64,000 nt of DNA from an uncultured Candidatus Saccharibacteria bacterium (GCA_963807025.1 CAWDZT010000010.1:25301-89300); one strand, 5' to 3'. Shown: positions 31,280 to 43,236, counted from the stretch's first letter. Numbers and translations are program-made. Notes: generated by a model not told the origin, from the letters alone.

Positions 31280-34228
31280 CTAGCTGCAGCCGGTGGTGGA
31301 GCCGCAGGCGGTACAGACGTAGCAGCTGCCGGAGCGCTGGGTCTGGTTGCCGCAGTTGTAGCAGATGGGCGCGGTGTCGTCCTTCTTGGCGGCTTTAGGA
31401 GCCGCCTGGGCGGCCACAGGGGCGGTCTGGACGGGTTTCGGTGCCGAAGCTGCAACCAGGGCCGGTTCGGGCTTCGGCGCCCAGTAACGGCCGGTTGCGG
31501 GTTTGCTGCATGGCCGCGGTTTCTTCGGCGGCGCCGTCGTCTCAGCACGGTCTCTCTTCGCCCAGCAGGCTGGTCTGTTCGTCGGGCATGTCGTCGATGG
31601 AAGCCAGGCCCAGCTCCAGGCGGTCGTCGAAGCTCAGGTAGCTCATCGCCAAGCGGCGGAAGATGTAGTCTACCAGGCTGGAGGCCGTGCGGATCTCCGG
31701 GTCGTCGGTGATGCCGGCGGGCGCGAACGACATGTTGGTCAGGCCGTGGACGTAGCTCTTCAGCGGTACGCCGTACTGCAGGCCGTAGCTGACCGATACG
31801 GCCAGGGCGTCCATGACGCCGGCCAGGGTGGAGCCCTGCTTGGCGATCTTCATGAAGACCTCGCCGGGGGTGCCGTCTTCGAACTCGCCTACGGTGACGT
31901 AGCCCTTGGAACCGGCCACGCGGAAGCTGAAGGTCTTGGCGTTGCGGTGCTTGGGCATCTCGCGGCGCTGGGCGCCCTTGGGTATGATCGGCGGTCCGGC
32001 GGTGACGGCCAGCGGCGGGCGCAGCGGGAGCGGCAGGCGCGGTGGCGGCCGCGGCAGCGGCCACGGGCACCTCGACCTGCGCGGTAGCGGGAACGGCCTT
32101 GTGGACGCCCGGATACGGGACGGACTGCTTTTTCGGCGTCGCCGCCCTTCTTAGCCATGCACAGCGGCTGGGCGACCTTGCAGTTGTCGCGGTAGATGGC
32201 GATGGCCTTCAGGCCCATCTGCCAGGCGTCTATGTGCAGTTGTTCGACGTCTTCGACGGAAACGTCCTCGGGCATGTTGACCGTCTTGGATATGGCGCCG
32301 CTCAGGAAAGGCTGTACGGCGGACATCATCTTGACGTGGCCCAGGTAGTGGATGGCGTTGTCGCCCATAGAGCAGGCGAAGACCGGTTCGTGCTCCTTCT
32401 TGAGGCGCGGCGCGCCCAGGATGGTCTTTTCTTCGTCGATGTAAGCCACGATGTCGTCGATCTCCGGCTGTTTGTAGCCCAGGTTCTTCAGGGCGCGCGG
32501 TACCGTCTGGTTGACGATGTTCATGGTGCCGCCGCCGACCAGCTTCTTGTGCTTGACCAAGCCCAGGTCGGGCTCGATGCCGGTGGTGTCGCAGTCCATC
32601 ATCAGGCCGATGGTGCCGGTGGGGGCCAGCACGCTGGCCTGGCTGTTGCGTACGCCGTAAAGCTCGCCCAGTTCGACGGCCTCGTCCCAGGCGCCGGCGG
32701 CCGCGCTGAGCAGGTCTTCCGGTACCAGCGAGGCGTCGATCTTGGAAACTTCGGCGCGGTGCATGCTTAAGCACGTTCAGCATGCCTTCGCTGTCTTTGG
32801 CAAAGCCGGCGAACGGACCGATGCGGTTGGCTATCTTGGCGCTCACGGCGTAGCTGTGGCCGGTAAGCAGCGCCGTTATGGTGGCGGCTATGGCGCGGCC
32901 TTCGTCGGAGTCGTACGGCAGGCCCAGGGCCATCAGCAGGGCGCCCAGGTTGGCGTAGCCTATACCCAGCTCGCGGTAGGCCTTGGCGTTCTTGGTGATG
33001 GGTTCCGTCGGGTACGAGCTGTAGCCTACCAGGATCTCCTGCGAGGTGAAGATCAGTTCCACGGTGTGCATGAAGGCCTTGATGTCGAAGGTGTCGTCGT
33101 CCTTCAGGAACTTGAGCAGGTTGATGCTGGCCAGGTTACAGGCCGAGTTGTCCAGGTGCATGTACTCGCTACAGGGGTTGGAGCCGTTGATGCGGCCGGC
33201 TACCGGGCAGGTGTGCCACCGGTTGATGGTGGAATCGTACTGCATGCCGGGGTCGGCGCACTCCCAGGCGGCCTCGGCGAACTGGCGGAACAGCTCGCGG
33301 GCCTTGACCTTCTTGACCGATTTGCCGGAGGTGACGGCGCGCAGGTCCCAATCGCTGTCGTTCTGGACCGCTTCCATGAATTCGTCGGTGACGCGCACAG
33401 AGATGTTGGCGTTCTGGTACTGGACGCTGAAGCTGTCCTTGCCGTCCAGGGTCATGTCCCAGCCCAGACGTTCCAGGTCGCGCGCCTTGCGCTCTTCTAT
33501 AGCCTTGCTCCAGATGAATTCCTCGACGTCGGGGTGGTCGGAGTTCAGGATGACCATCTTGGCGGCCCGGCGGGTCTTGCCGCCGCTCTTGATGGCGCCG
33601 CGCCGAAGCGTCGGCGCCGCGCATGAAGCTAAGCGGACCGCTGGCCGTGCCGGCGCTCTTGCCGAGCGCTTCCACGCTGGAGCGTATCGGGCTGATATTG
33701 ATCCCTGAACCGCTGCCGCCCTTGAAGATCATGCCCTCTTCGACGTACCAGTTAAGGATCGCGGGCATGGTGTCGTCTATGCCCAATATGAAACAGGCGC
33801 TGGCCTGCTGGGCGCGGTCGGCGGCGCCGATGTTGAACCACACCGGGCTGTTGAAGGCGGCGCGCTGGGTGGCCAGCACGTACTTGAGCTCTTCGCGGAA
33901 ATCATCGGCCTCGGCCTCGTCCGCGAAATAGCCTTCCTGCAGACCCTGGCGGACGATGGTGTCGGCCACGCGGTCCACCAGATGCCTTAAGCGACTTCTC
34001 GCGGCCCCGGGTGCCCGGCGTGCCGGTAAAGTACTTCTGGGCCACGATGTTGATGGCATTGAGCGACCAGCTGTCCGGAAACTCGACGCCTTTCTGCTCG
34101 AACACGGCCTTGCCGGTCATAGGATTCTTGATGATCGAATCGCGCTTGACCCACTTAAGCTGGTCGTAAGCCTTGGATTTTTTGGGGGTAAAAAGTCGCT
34201 CCACCCCCAGACTGGTAGTTTGTGACAT
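31280..34228 (-). CDS. nrdJ: adenosylcobalamin-dependent (class II) ribonucleotide reductase (at least 5 frame pieces)
   Basis: Long class II RNR similarity across ORFs 33902..34243, 33169..34059, 32151..33557, 31889..32764 and 31542..31958. C-terminal tail ICYNCGNQTQRSGSCYVCTACGSTTGCS. Confidence 0.85.
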
Positions 34229-34293
34229 GGTTTGGTCCCTCACTTATTTTATTGATTTTGTAGTGTTGGTTTTAGGTATTTCCTAATGAATGC

Positions 34294-34761
34294 CTAAGTC
34301 GCTATATGCTTGCCTTTCTTGACGAGCGAAAGTTCCTGCTCGAAACTGGCAATGTCCTTGAAGCGCCGGTAGACGCTCGCGAACCGTACATAGGCTACTT
34401 CGTTAAGCCGGGCCAGATGATCCATCACCAATTCGCCGATGCGCGCGGATTTCACCTCCTGATCTCCGCAGGCGTACAGTTCCTGCTCTATGGCGTTCAC
34501 CATCTTTTCCAGCTCCAGGCTGGTGACGGATGTCTTCTCGCAGGCCCTATAGAGGCCGGCAAGGAGTTTGGCGCGGTTGAAAAGTTCGCGCTTACCGTCT
34601 TTTTTGATGATGATCAACTGCGGCCGTTCCAGACGTTCATACGTGGTGAAACGGTAGCCGCAGGAGTTGCACATGCGTCGGCGGCGGATGGCCTGGCCCT
34701 CTGCTACGTCGCGAGACTCAATGACTTTGATGTCGTCGCTGGAGCATTGGGTGCATTTCAC
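34294..34761 (-). CDS. nrdR: transcriptional repressor NrdR
   Basis: VKCTQCSS...CNSCGYRFTTYE zinc ribbon plus ATP-cone. GTG start at 34761 preceded by AGAGGAGG. Confidence 0.85.
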   Translation of the reverse strand: MKCTQCSSDDIKVIESRDVAEGQAIRRRRMCNSCGYRFTTYERLERPQLIIIKKDGKRELFNRAKLLAGLYRACEKTSVTSLELEKMVNAIEQELYACGDQEVKSARIGELVMDHLARLNEVAYVRFASVYRRFKDIASFEQELSLVKKGKHIAT

Positions 34762-34775
34762 ATTAGCCTCCTCTT

Positions 34776-34842
34776 CCCAGCACCTTTGTTGGCGGTTTTT
34801 ACAACTGGCACTGTTGGTAAAAACTGGCAATAAAGGTGCTGG
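34776..34842. repeat. palindromic element copy (CCCAGCACCTTT ... AAAGGTGCTGG) in the nrdR 5' leader
   Basis: 11-12-nt inverted arms with a 44-nt loop containing tttttacaac. It lies between the NrdR boxes and the nrdR SD. Confidence 0.6.
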
Positions 34843-34861
34843 ACTTACCATTAAATGTGCT

Positions 34862-34897
34862 CACAATATATGTTTGGATTTTTACTACATATAGTGC
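34862..34897 (-). promoter_or_regulatory. two NrdR-box-like palindromes
   Basis: cacaatatatgt (about 34862-34873) and ctacatatagtg (about 34885-34896) resemble the acaCwAtATaTwGtgt consensus. They lie just downstream of the predicted -10. Confidence 0.5.
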
Positions 34898-34908
34898 TGT
34901 CTTAGTCC

Positions 34909-34937
34909 ACTATACCCCCACGGGTGGTGGTTTTCAA
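34909..34937 (-). promoter_or_regulatory. sigma70-like promoter of nrdR-nrdJ (TTGAAA-17 nt-TATAGT)
   Basis: Reverse complement of 34932-34937 is TTGAAA, spacer is 17 nt, and reverse complement of 34909-34914 is TATAGT. Confidence 0.45.
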
Positions 34938-35074
34938 GGCATTTATCGCTGTAGAATTTAATACGGAGCTGTCCGATTAACAGGGGAAATCAGCTGTCTT
35001 CGTCATCGGAATCGTCATCTTCGGAACCGGATTTTTCCGTCCCGGTTCCGTCTTCAGAACTTTTCAGATCGGCT

Positions 35075-36481
35075 TTATCCGGTTCTTTGCCGGGCTTTCG
35101 GATCGGCGTCGTCGGCTTTGTCGTCGGCTTCGTCGTCGGGGCTATCTTCGGTATCGCTTCCTTTGGGCTTATCGTCTTCGATGATCTCGTGCTCGGGCAG
35201 TTCTTTGGATTTGCGGCGGCGGCCCAGACGGCGCAGGAAGGAGGGCTTCTCCAGGTCATCTTCTTCGGTGTCGCCGAATCGTCTTTGCTCTTCTTTGTCG
35301 GCATCTGCATCTTCTTCATCACCGTTGATGGACCAAATATTGGGCATGGGGCGGTCATCCGCGAAGTCATGAGGCTTAGGCTTATTGTCATCGTCCAGGT
35401 TCATGTCGATTTCGGACAGGGCCTTCTCATCCTGCTTGGTGGTGTTGGTGTTAGCCAGCACCGGACTGCCATCAGGCTTATTGGAGGATGCCGATGCCGG
35501 TTTTTGCGGGCGGTGTTTATGATACGACGCGTCGAAACCGGTAGCGACCACGGTGATTATGACCTCGCCTTCCAGCTCCGGATTGACGGTGGCACCGAAG
35601 ATAATGTTGGCTTCCGGGTCCGCCGCGGCGGTGATGGCCTCGGCGGCGGCGTTGATCTCGTGCATAGCCAGGTCGTTGCCGCCGATGACGTTGAACAGGA
35701 TGCCGCGGGCTCCGTCTATGGATACTTCTAACAGGGGTGATTCTATGGCCTGCTGGGCGGCCGTGACGGCCCGGTTCTCGCCGGTGGCGCGGCCGATGCC
35801 CATAAGGGCCGAGCCGGCCTTGGCCATGACGGTCTTGACGTCGGCGAAGTCCAGGTTGATCAGGCCGTGTACGGTTATAAGGTCGGATATGCCTTGGACG
35901 CCCTGCCTTAAGACGTCGTCCGCGACCTTGAAAGCCTCGGTAAGGGGGGTGTCGCGGTCGATGGTCTCTAGCAAGCGGTCGTTAGGTATGACTATGAGCG
36001 TATCGACGGCATCGCGGAGTTTTTCGATGGCAACCTCGGCATTGCGCCGACGCTTTTCTCCTTCGAACGCGAACGGCTTGGTTGCGAACCCGACAACCAG
36101 GGCCCCGGAATCCTCCGCTACCTTGGCCACTATGTGGCCGCCGCCGGAACCGGTGCCGCCGCCGGCGCCGATGGTCACGAAGACCATGTCGGCCCCCTGT
36201 ATGGCTTTCGTAATCTCGTCGCGCGATTCCTCGGCGGCCTGCTGGCCGACCGTGGGATCGGCGCCGGCGCCTAAGCCGCGGGTAGCGTCCTTGCCGATGT
36301 GTATCTTCTTGCCGGCCTTGCTGTGATGGAGTGCCTGGGCATCGGTATTGACGGCTATGAACTCGACGTTCTCTATACCTGCGTCTATCATCCGATTGAT
36401 AGCGGCGCCTCCAGCGCCACCCACGCCTACGACCTTTATGTTAGCGAACGTCTCTATAGCCGGCTCAACAACTTCTGCCAT
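35075..36481 (-). CDS. ftsZ: cell division protein FtsZ with long acidic/basic C-terminal linker
   Basis: [13 protein letters not shown] and GGGTGSGGG tubulin signature. ATG at 36481 preceded by GAGGGAAAA. An alternative frame would extend the tail to 34990. Confidence 0.9.
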   Translation of the reverse strand: MAEVVEPAIETFANIKVVGVGGAGGAAINRMIDAGIENVEFIAVNTDAQALHHSKAGKKIHIGKDATRGLGAGADPTVGQQAAEESRDEITKAIQGADMVFVTIGAGGGTGSGGGHIVAKVAEDSGALVVGFATKPFAFEGEKRRRNAEVAIEKLRDAVDTLIVIPNDRLLETIDRDTPLTEAFKVADDVLRQGVQGISDLITVHGLINLDFADVKTVMAKAGSALMGIGRATGENRAVTAAQQAIESPLLEVSIDGARGILFNVIGGNDLAMHEINAAAEAITAAADPEANIIFGATVNPELEGEVIITVVATGFDASYHKHRPQKPASASSNKPDGSPVLANTNTTKQDEKALSEIDMNLDDDNKPKPHDFADDRPMPNIWSINGDEEDADADKEEQRRFGDTEEDDLEKPSFLRRLGRRRKSKELPEHEIIEDDKPKGSDTEDSPDDEADDKADDADPKARQRTG

Positions 36482-36670
36482 GATTTTCCCTCGCAAAAAG
36501 CTCAAATTGTATAGCTGTCAGTATACCCCAGCGCCTTCCCCAAGTCCAACAAATTTATACGGTAGTTTTCTGCAATTTCGCCGCCACGTCCGGGCAGACC
36601 GATTTTTTACGCGGCGCCTTGGCTGTGCGCATGAACCTTAAGCAATTTTGTGTTCGAGCACCGTACCGTT

Positions 36671-36864
36671 GCGGATATGACATTCCCTAACAGGGGTGAT
36701 TTATGTCAATATGTAGCTCGGCGTTTTTAAGGTCCAAGGTAAGGTATGCGTCATTGCCGTGTGTCTTCGCTACGATGCTGATATAGGTGCAGGGCTGTTG
36801 AAGGTCAAATATGCCGAGCTACATATTGACATGTTGTAACAGAGGGCAGATATGTCATATCCGC
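36671..36864. repeat. MITE-like element, copy 2, in the ftsA-ftsZ spacer
   Basis: The same outer (gcggatatgacat) and inner (atgtcaa(c/t)atgtagctcg(a/g)cgttttt) inverted repeats as copies 1 and 3. It starts 12 nt downstream of the ftsA stop. Confidence 0.7.
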
Positions 36865-36876
36865 GGGCAAAGCCGT

Positions 36877-38136
36877 TTAGCTTTTGAAACGGCGGAACAT
36901 ACCGTCCAATATGGCGCGGGCGTGCCGGCCGCCGGCCCCGCCCAGGCCTTTGGCGCCTCCCCTGCCGTGCGCAGGAGGTAACTGGGGCAGCAGAAGCATA
37001 TCCAACAGCATCAGGCCCACCACGGTTACGTAATCCTGGCCTTCCACGGTGTCGGCCAGACCGCCGACGTTATGGAGCTTGCCGACGCGGGCCGGCAGTT
37101 CCAGATGATCGCGGGCGAATTCGTCTATGCCCGGCAAGGCGGACGTGCCGCCGGTGATGACCACGCCGCCAGGCAGTTTGCCGGCCCGCTTGATCTTCTG
37201 AAGTTCCTTGTTCACGTATTCCAGCAGTTCTTCGACCCGGGCGCCGGTTATCATGGATATCTCTTCGAAGTCATAGTGGTGCGTCTTGTGGCCGATCTTG
37301 ACGCTGACGTTCTGCCGGTGCGGACCGCCCTCTTTTAGGCTGGCGTGCTGAAGTTTGACGGCTTCGGCTATGTCCAGGTCGGTGCGCAGGCCGATGGCCA
37401 AATCGTTGGTAATGTGCTGGCCGCCCATGGGTATGACAGCTACGTGCTGGACCTCGCCGTCCTCGAATACTATCAGGTTGGTCGTGCCGGCGCCGATGTC
37501 GATAAGGGCCGTGCCGGCTTCTTTTTGCTGGCGCGTGAGCACGGCCTCGGCGGCCGCCAGGCCGGATACGGTGTGGTGGTTGGGCGCGATGCCGGCCTTG
37601 TCGAGCGTCATGTCCAGATTGCGCAGGTTCGGCGATGACGCGGTGACAATATGGGCATCCACCTCCAGGCGCACGCCGTGCATACCTACCGGGTCCTTGA
37701 TGTTCTTCTGGCCGTCCAGACTGTAATTCTTGGCGAAGAACTGGATGATCTCGCGATTGGGCGGCAGACTGACGATGGTGGCGGCCTCCTCTACCCTCAG
37801 GCGGTCCTCCGGGGTGATTTCCCGGTTGGCCGCGGATATGGCGATGACGCCTTCGGAGTCCTGGCCGCTGACGTGCGCACCGTTGACGTTGACGGTGGCA
37901 TTCCTTATATGCACGCCGGAGATACGCTCGGCCTCGGTAACGGCCTTGGTTATGGCTTCGGCTACTTCGTCCACGTGCACCACGGCGCCGCGGCGCATAC
38001 CCTGGTTGGGCGCCTGGCCATGGCCTATTACCGAAGGCAGATTACTGCCGTTAGGGTCGAAGCCGCCTACCACGCATCGTACCGTGGAGGTGCCTATATC
38101 AAGGCCTATGAAATGCTCTTGGTTTTGGTTGTTCAT
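36877..38136 (-). CDS. ftsA: cell division protein FtsA
   Basis: Intact 419-aa ORF with actin-like ATPase motifs (IGLDIGTSTVRCVV; DIGAGTTNLIVFEDG). Confidence 0.9.
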   Translation of the reverse strand: MNNQNQEHFIGLDIGTSTVRCVVGGFDPNGSNLPSVIGHGQAPNQGMRRGAVVHVDEVAEAITKAVTEAERISGVHIRNATVNVNGAHVSGQDSEGVIAISAANREITPEDRLRVEEAATIVSLPPNREIIQFFAKNYSLDGQKNIKDPVGMHGVRLEVDAHIVTASSPNLRNLDMTLDKAGIAPNHHTVSGLAAAEAVLTRQQKEAGTALIDIGAGTTNLIVFEDGEVQHVAVIPMGGQHITNDLAIGLRTDLDIAEAVKLQHASLKEGGPHRQNVSVKIGHKTHHYDFEEISMITGARVEELLEYVNKELQKIKRAGKLPGGVVITGGTSALPGIDEFARDHLELPARVGKLHNVGGLADTVEGQDYVTVVGLMLLDMLLLPQLPPAHGRGGAKGLGGAGGRHARAILDGMFRRFKS

Positions 38137-38190
38137 GTTGGTGTTGCAACCTTATGGCATAGTATAGCGCTTTTGCTTGGATATAAAAAA

Positions 38191-38219
38191 TTGACTTTAA
38201 ATCCGCTTTTCCGTATTGT
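38191..38219 (+). promoter_or_regulatory. sigma70-like promoter (TTGACT-17 nt-TATTGT)
   Basis: ttgact at 38191-38196 and tattgt at 38214-38219, upstream of ORF 38259. Confidence 0.4.
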
Positions 38220-38258
38220 AGTTAACAGAGGTTCCGAACAAAAAAGCAAAACCAAACA

Positions 38259-38459
38259 ATGGGCAACGTTCCTCTACATAGCCGGCTGGTCCGGCGATTA
38301 ACCAGAAACAGCAGCGGCACGGTGAGTGTGAGCATTCCTATTGAACACGCCATTCAACTGGGGTGGACCAAGGGCCAGCAAGTAATCGTAGAGCGGCGCG
38401 GCAAGAAAGTTGTCATAAAACCGTTCGACATTGCCGGCGGCAGAAGGCAGAAGCTATGA
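38259..38459 (+). CDS. small AbrB/SpoVT-like domain protein
   Basis: 66-aa ORF. GTVSVSIPIEHAIQLGWTKGQQVIVERRGKKVVIKP resembles an AbrB-type swapped-hairpin domain. Confidence 0.4.
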   Translation: MGNVPLHSRLVRRLTRNSSGTVSVSIPIEHAIQLGWTKGQQVIVERRGKKVVIKPFDIAGGRRQKL

Positions 38460-38479
38460 TACGGGCTACCTGGCTGCCA

Positions 38480-41400
38480 ATCGCTGAAGCCCGCCCGCGT
38501 TCCGAAGCGCCTGCGTGGCCACGCTTCTAGCGCTATTCGGCCGATGCCTTCTTGCTGGTTCTGCCCCACCAGGCCTACGCAGCATCGTATACCTGGGACG
38601 GCGGAGGCGCGACCAATAACTGGAGTGATTGCGACAACTGGAGCAGCAACATCTGTCCCGTTTCCGGCGATACGGTAACGTTCAACGGCACTTCTACAAA
38701 GAGCGCGACGGTCGATGCTTCATTCACCGGTACCATAACGACCATTAACATCAACTCCGGATATACGGGTACTATCAGCCTGAGCCGCAGTCTGACCGTC
38801 TCTTCCACGTTCTCTCAGGCGGCCGGCACGTTCAGCGCCGGCAGTCAAACGCTACATGTGGGCGGAGCCCTTACGCTGTCTGGCGGCACATTCAACGCCG
38901 GAACCGGGACAGTGGACTTCAATGGCACGACCTCGGCTACCATAAGTTGTAACAATGCAACTTTCAACAATGTAACCTTCTCCCACACCGGCGGGACTAA
39001 GACTGTCGGCAGTGATTGTAGTTTGCCGATGGGATCCGGCCCCAGCGCCAATAGCGGCGGATCGATAGCCTTGGAAGGTACTTTTAGCGGCAGCGGCACG
39101 TTGACGACCGGGGGGACTTTGACGCTGAGTAGGCGGATCATGTCCCGGTGCCGCAGGCGGTAATGCTATCGGGTTATGACTCCGGCCATGACGGCGGGAA
39201 CGCATCCGGCTTCGGTTGCGGTGGCGGTGGTGGCGGTTGGTACGGCGGCAAAGGCGGAAACGGCTTGTACGGTGGAGGCGGCGGTGGTGCCGCCGGAGGC
39301 CAGTTAGCCCATGCCGGCGGTACGGGCGGCCAAGGCGTCGTAGCCATCAGCCCTGATAGCGGTTCAAACGTGGTAAAGACTTCTGGCACTTCCTGGACGG
39401 TGCCAGCCGGGGTTACAAGTATAAAAGTATGGGCTATCGGTGCAGGCGGCGGCGGGGCGGGAGTCAGTACATCAGACTCAAGTGCAGGCGGCGGCGGTGG
39501 GGCGGGCGGAGTCGTATATCAAACATTTTCTGTTACGCCAGGCGATACCGTCTCGTATAGTTTAGGGAGCCGGCGGGAGCCGGCGGATCCGGCGCCAGCA
39601 ACGGCTCTAACGGCGGCAATACGACGGCTACGGTAGGCGCCACCACGATAACCGGCGGCGGCGGCACGGGCGGTAAGTATAATACCGCGCGCTACGGCCG
39701 CAGGAGGCAGTTATACCGGCGGAGACGGCGGGACCACCGGCGGGAGCGGTTCCGGCGCTTCAGCGGCGACAACGGCGGCGGCGGTGGCGGCGGTATCGGC
39801 GGCGGCAACGCCACTCAAACGCGGCAACACCGGCGATGACGGCGGCCAGAGCAGTGACGTCTCCGGGCTATTCGCTGTGCATCTCCGACCAAGGCTATCT
39901 TTCCACCGGTTCTTTGTCGGGTTTTTCCGGCTTGTCGGCAACAATTTGACCGTTAACAGCACCGCTAAGTTTCGGCTCATACAGCACGTTTACCGTCAGC
40001 GGCGCATTTTCGCTTGAGTGCCAGCCGGCAGTTTCACCGCGCCATCGGGAACGGCTTCAGTTCTGCCGGCACATTCACTCTAGATTCCAGCGCCACTTTC
40101 AGCGCTAACAGCGGGACGATAAACTTCAATGGCAGTACGGCCACGTTGTCGTGCGGTAGCCAGACGTTCAACCGTGTTACCTTCACGCACACCATCGGCA
40201 CCAAGACCGTAAGTACTGACTGCACCTTGCCTATGGGGTCCAACCCTAGCGCCAACAGCGGTGGGTCGATCGACCTGCAAGGTACTCTGAGCGGTAGCGG
40301 CACGCTTACTACCAGCGGCCTTCTGACCCTGGGTACCTCCAGCAGTACGTCAAACAACATAAACGGCGAGGACGCTTCGGGCTTCGGCGACGGGGGTGGC
40401 GGAGCCGGTTATTATGGCGGTAACGGCGGAGCCGGCCTTTACGGTGGTGGTGGTGGTGGCGCAGCCGGCTATACAACCACGAACCGAGTCGGCGGTGATG
40501 GCGGCGGCGGCGTGGTAGTGCTCTCGCCCGATGTAGGCGCTGACTCGGTGAAGACTTCCGGCACTTCCTACACGGTGCCGGCCGGAGTTTCAAGCATCAA
40601 AGTCTGGGCCATCGGCGCAGGCGGCGGCGGCGCCGGATCCACCAATAATAACAGCGGGGCCGGTGGCGGAGGTGGGGCCGGGGGAACCGTTTATCAGACA
40701 TTTTCGGTCACGCCGGGCGATACGATCACTTATAGCCTGGGTACAGCCGGTAGCGGGGGTACGGATACCAACGACGGCAGTGACGGCGGAAACACCACCG
40801 TCACGGTAGGCGCTACTACCATAACCGGCGACGGCGGCTCCGGAGGTACCTATAACGACGGCAGCAATGCCAACGGCGGCAGTTATTCCGGCGGAGACGG
40901 CGGCTATGACGGCGCGCCTGGCTTCGGCGCTTCCGGCAACACGGGCGGTGGCGGTGGCGGTGGTATCGGCTCGACCAACGTTCCGCCATCACTGGCGACA
41001 GATAGCGTAGGCAGTGCTGATGGCACACCGGTTAATAGCCCTGATACTACCGCTTCACCCGTCAAGCTAGGTAGTCATGCGGGCGATTTTACCGGCTCGA
41101 ATGATTATCTCGCCATAGACAGCGATCTGATCGACCTGACAAGCGACTGGTCATTTGAAACATGGCTTTACCTGACTACGACCAGCGGCACGAACCCCCG
41201 TATTTTCGGGATGGTGGACAACACTCACAGCCTAAACCTACAGGTCGGCTATACCAGTTCGGGCATACCGTATATAAGAGTAGGCAACACGCTACATTCT
41301 TTTACTCCGACTTTCAGCACCGGCGGCTGGCAACACGTCGTCTATAAGTATGACAGCGGCTCGTACTACCTGTATATCAACGGTACAAAATACAGCGTTA

Positions 41401-43236
41401 CCGGAAGTTCCGGGCCAAGCGCCAACACGTCTTTCGCTGGCATAGGGGCGGCCGGCAGTTCCACTTACCAGATAACCGGCTATCTTGACGATGCGGTGTT
41501 ATACGACGGCGCTTTGACCGATGCCGAAGTGACAGACCGATACAATAGCGGTTCAGGAACGGAAGCCTTGTCCGGTGGCGGCTGGGATGTTTCAGACAGA
41601 GCCATATCGCAATGGCACATGAATGAAAGTGCCTGGGATACCTCAAGCAGTTACAGCGCCGGGCCTACGGAGGGCGGTACCGCCGGTGATACCGGCGGCC
41701 AGGGCCAGGACGTCTCAGGCCTGTTCGTACAGTGTCTCCGGACTGGGCTACGCCACGACGGGGCCTGGTGACGGCGGTGGCTCCAGCACCGGATCCTCCG
41801 GCTCTACCGGTGTATTGTCCGGCTTTTCCGGCTTGGCGGCCAGTTCGATTGACCGTCAACAGCACTCATAATTTCGGCTCGTACAGTCCGTTCACGGTCA
41901 GCGGCAACTTCTCGTTGAACTCCAGCGGCAGTTTCACCGCGCCATCGGGTACGGCCAGTTTCGGCAGCAATTTCACGCTTAAGAGCAATTCGACTTTCAG
42001 CGCCAATGGCGGCACGGTTAATTTTAACGGGGGAACAGCCGCGTTGTCGTGCGGTAATAAGACGTTCAACCGTGTCACTTTCACCAATGCTTCCGGCACG
42101 AAGACAGTAGGCACTAACTGCAGTCTGCCGCTAGGCAGTAACCCGAATGCCAACAGCGGCGGATCAATCAGCCTGAACGGTACCCTGTCGGGCAGCGGCA
42201 CGCTGACGACCGCGGGGACTTTGACGCTGGGCGGAGCCGGCAGTCTATCCGGCCTTACCGGTTTGGCGACAAACGCATTGACTGTGAACGGATCCTATGA
42301 CTTCGGCTCGTACAGCCCATTCACGGTCAACGGCAACTTCACTCTTGGCGGCAGTCTCACTGCTCCGTCAGGCAGTTCGACGTTCGCGGGCAACTTTACT
42401 AACAACGGTTCCTTTGCTGCCAATGGCGGCACCATGTCGGTGGCCGGTAACTTTGCCAACAGCGGTACCTTCAATCGCCAACGGCGGCACGGTGGTGCTG
42501 AACGGCTCCGGCCAGACCCTTTCCGGCAGTACGGCCTTCTATAACCTGACCAAGACGGTGTCTTCCGCCGATACCCTGACCTTCGCCGCCGGCAGTACCC
42601 AGACCGTCTCGGGCAAGCTGACACTCCAGGGAGCAGACGACAATCTGCTGAGCCTGGTCTCGGGTACGCCAGGCACACAATGGCTGGTCAACGCCGAGGG
42701 TACGATCGGACGTGTCTTATGTCGACGTGTCGGACAGTTCCAACACGGGCAATACCATCGACGCCTGCTTCAGCACCGACAGCGGCAACAACAGCGGCTG
42801 GAACTTCAACCCCACGTCATGCTACCCCGACAACGGTGGTAGCGCGACCTCCACGATAACCAATTTCCTGCTCGCACAATCCGCGCTAATCAACAATATC
42901 CGGGGTGGCAACAACGGGGCCTTCACCCTGCCCGACAACACCAGCAACGGTCTGCCCTCCCAGATCTTCAGCTTCCTTAAACAGCTGCCGGCTGGCCAGA
43001 GCCTACTGGCGGCTGCCAAGGAATTCTTAAAGGCCATGCTGTACGGCTTGGTGATAGGCATACTGCTGGGCATGCTTCTGGTCTGGCGGCACCGGCGTCT
43101 GGAGGCCCTGGCAGAAAGCGAAGGCCTGATTGATGTACCTAACAGCGTGATTCCTGATGAACCTATGGACGGCATATCCGTACGGAGCGCCGGCCGCAGC
43201 AGGCAGTACCGTCACTCCAACCAAGAAGAAACATGA
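38480..43236 (+). CDS. mosaic cell-surface protein of about 1,550 aa: three beta-helix-like modules, two glycine-rich domains, a LamG-like domain and a C-terminal TM anchor (at least 7 frame pieces)
   Basis: ORFs 38552.., 39148.., 40014.., 41732.., 42297.. and 42712..43236 continue one another after +/-1 shifts. Signal-peptide-like end LLVLPHQAYA|ASYTW. Paralogous modules start near 38891, 40098 and 41996. Gly-rich domains contain TSGTS(W/Y)TVPAGV(T/S)SIKVWAIGAGGGGAG. LamG-like region DWSFETWLYL...YLYINGT. TM segment LVIGILLGMLLVW. Confidence 0.6.

Noticed and set aside
31078-32070. 330-aa Arg/Pro-rich ORF on the minus strand
   Set aside because: It is an alternative frame of nrdJ. The RNR homology runs through the other frames, and the composition (P/R/A) is typical of an off-frame GC-rich translation.
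38480-43236. Diversity-generating retroelement target (repeated Gly-rich modules)
   Set aside because: There is no reverse transcriptase gene in the window, and no non-coding template repeat with adenine-specific mismatches. The repeats are paralogous in-protein modules with differences at all bases.
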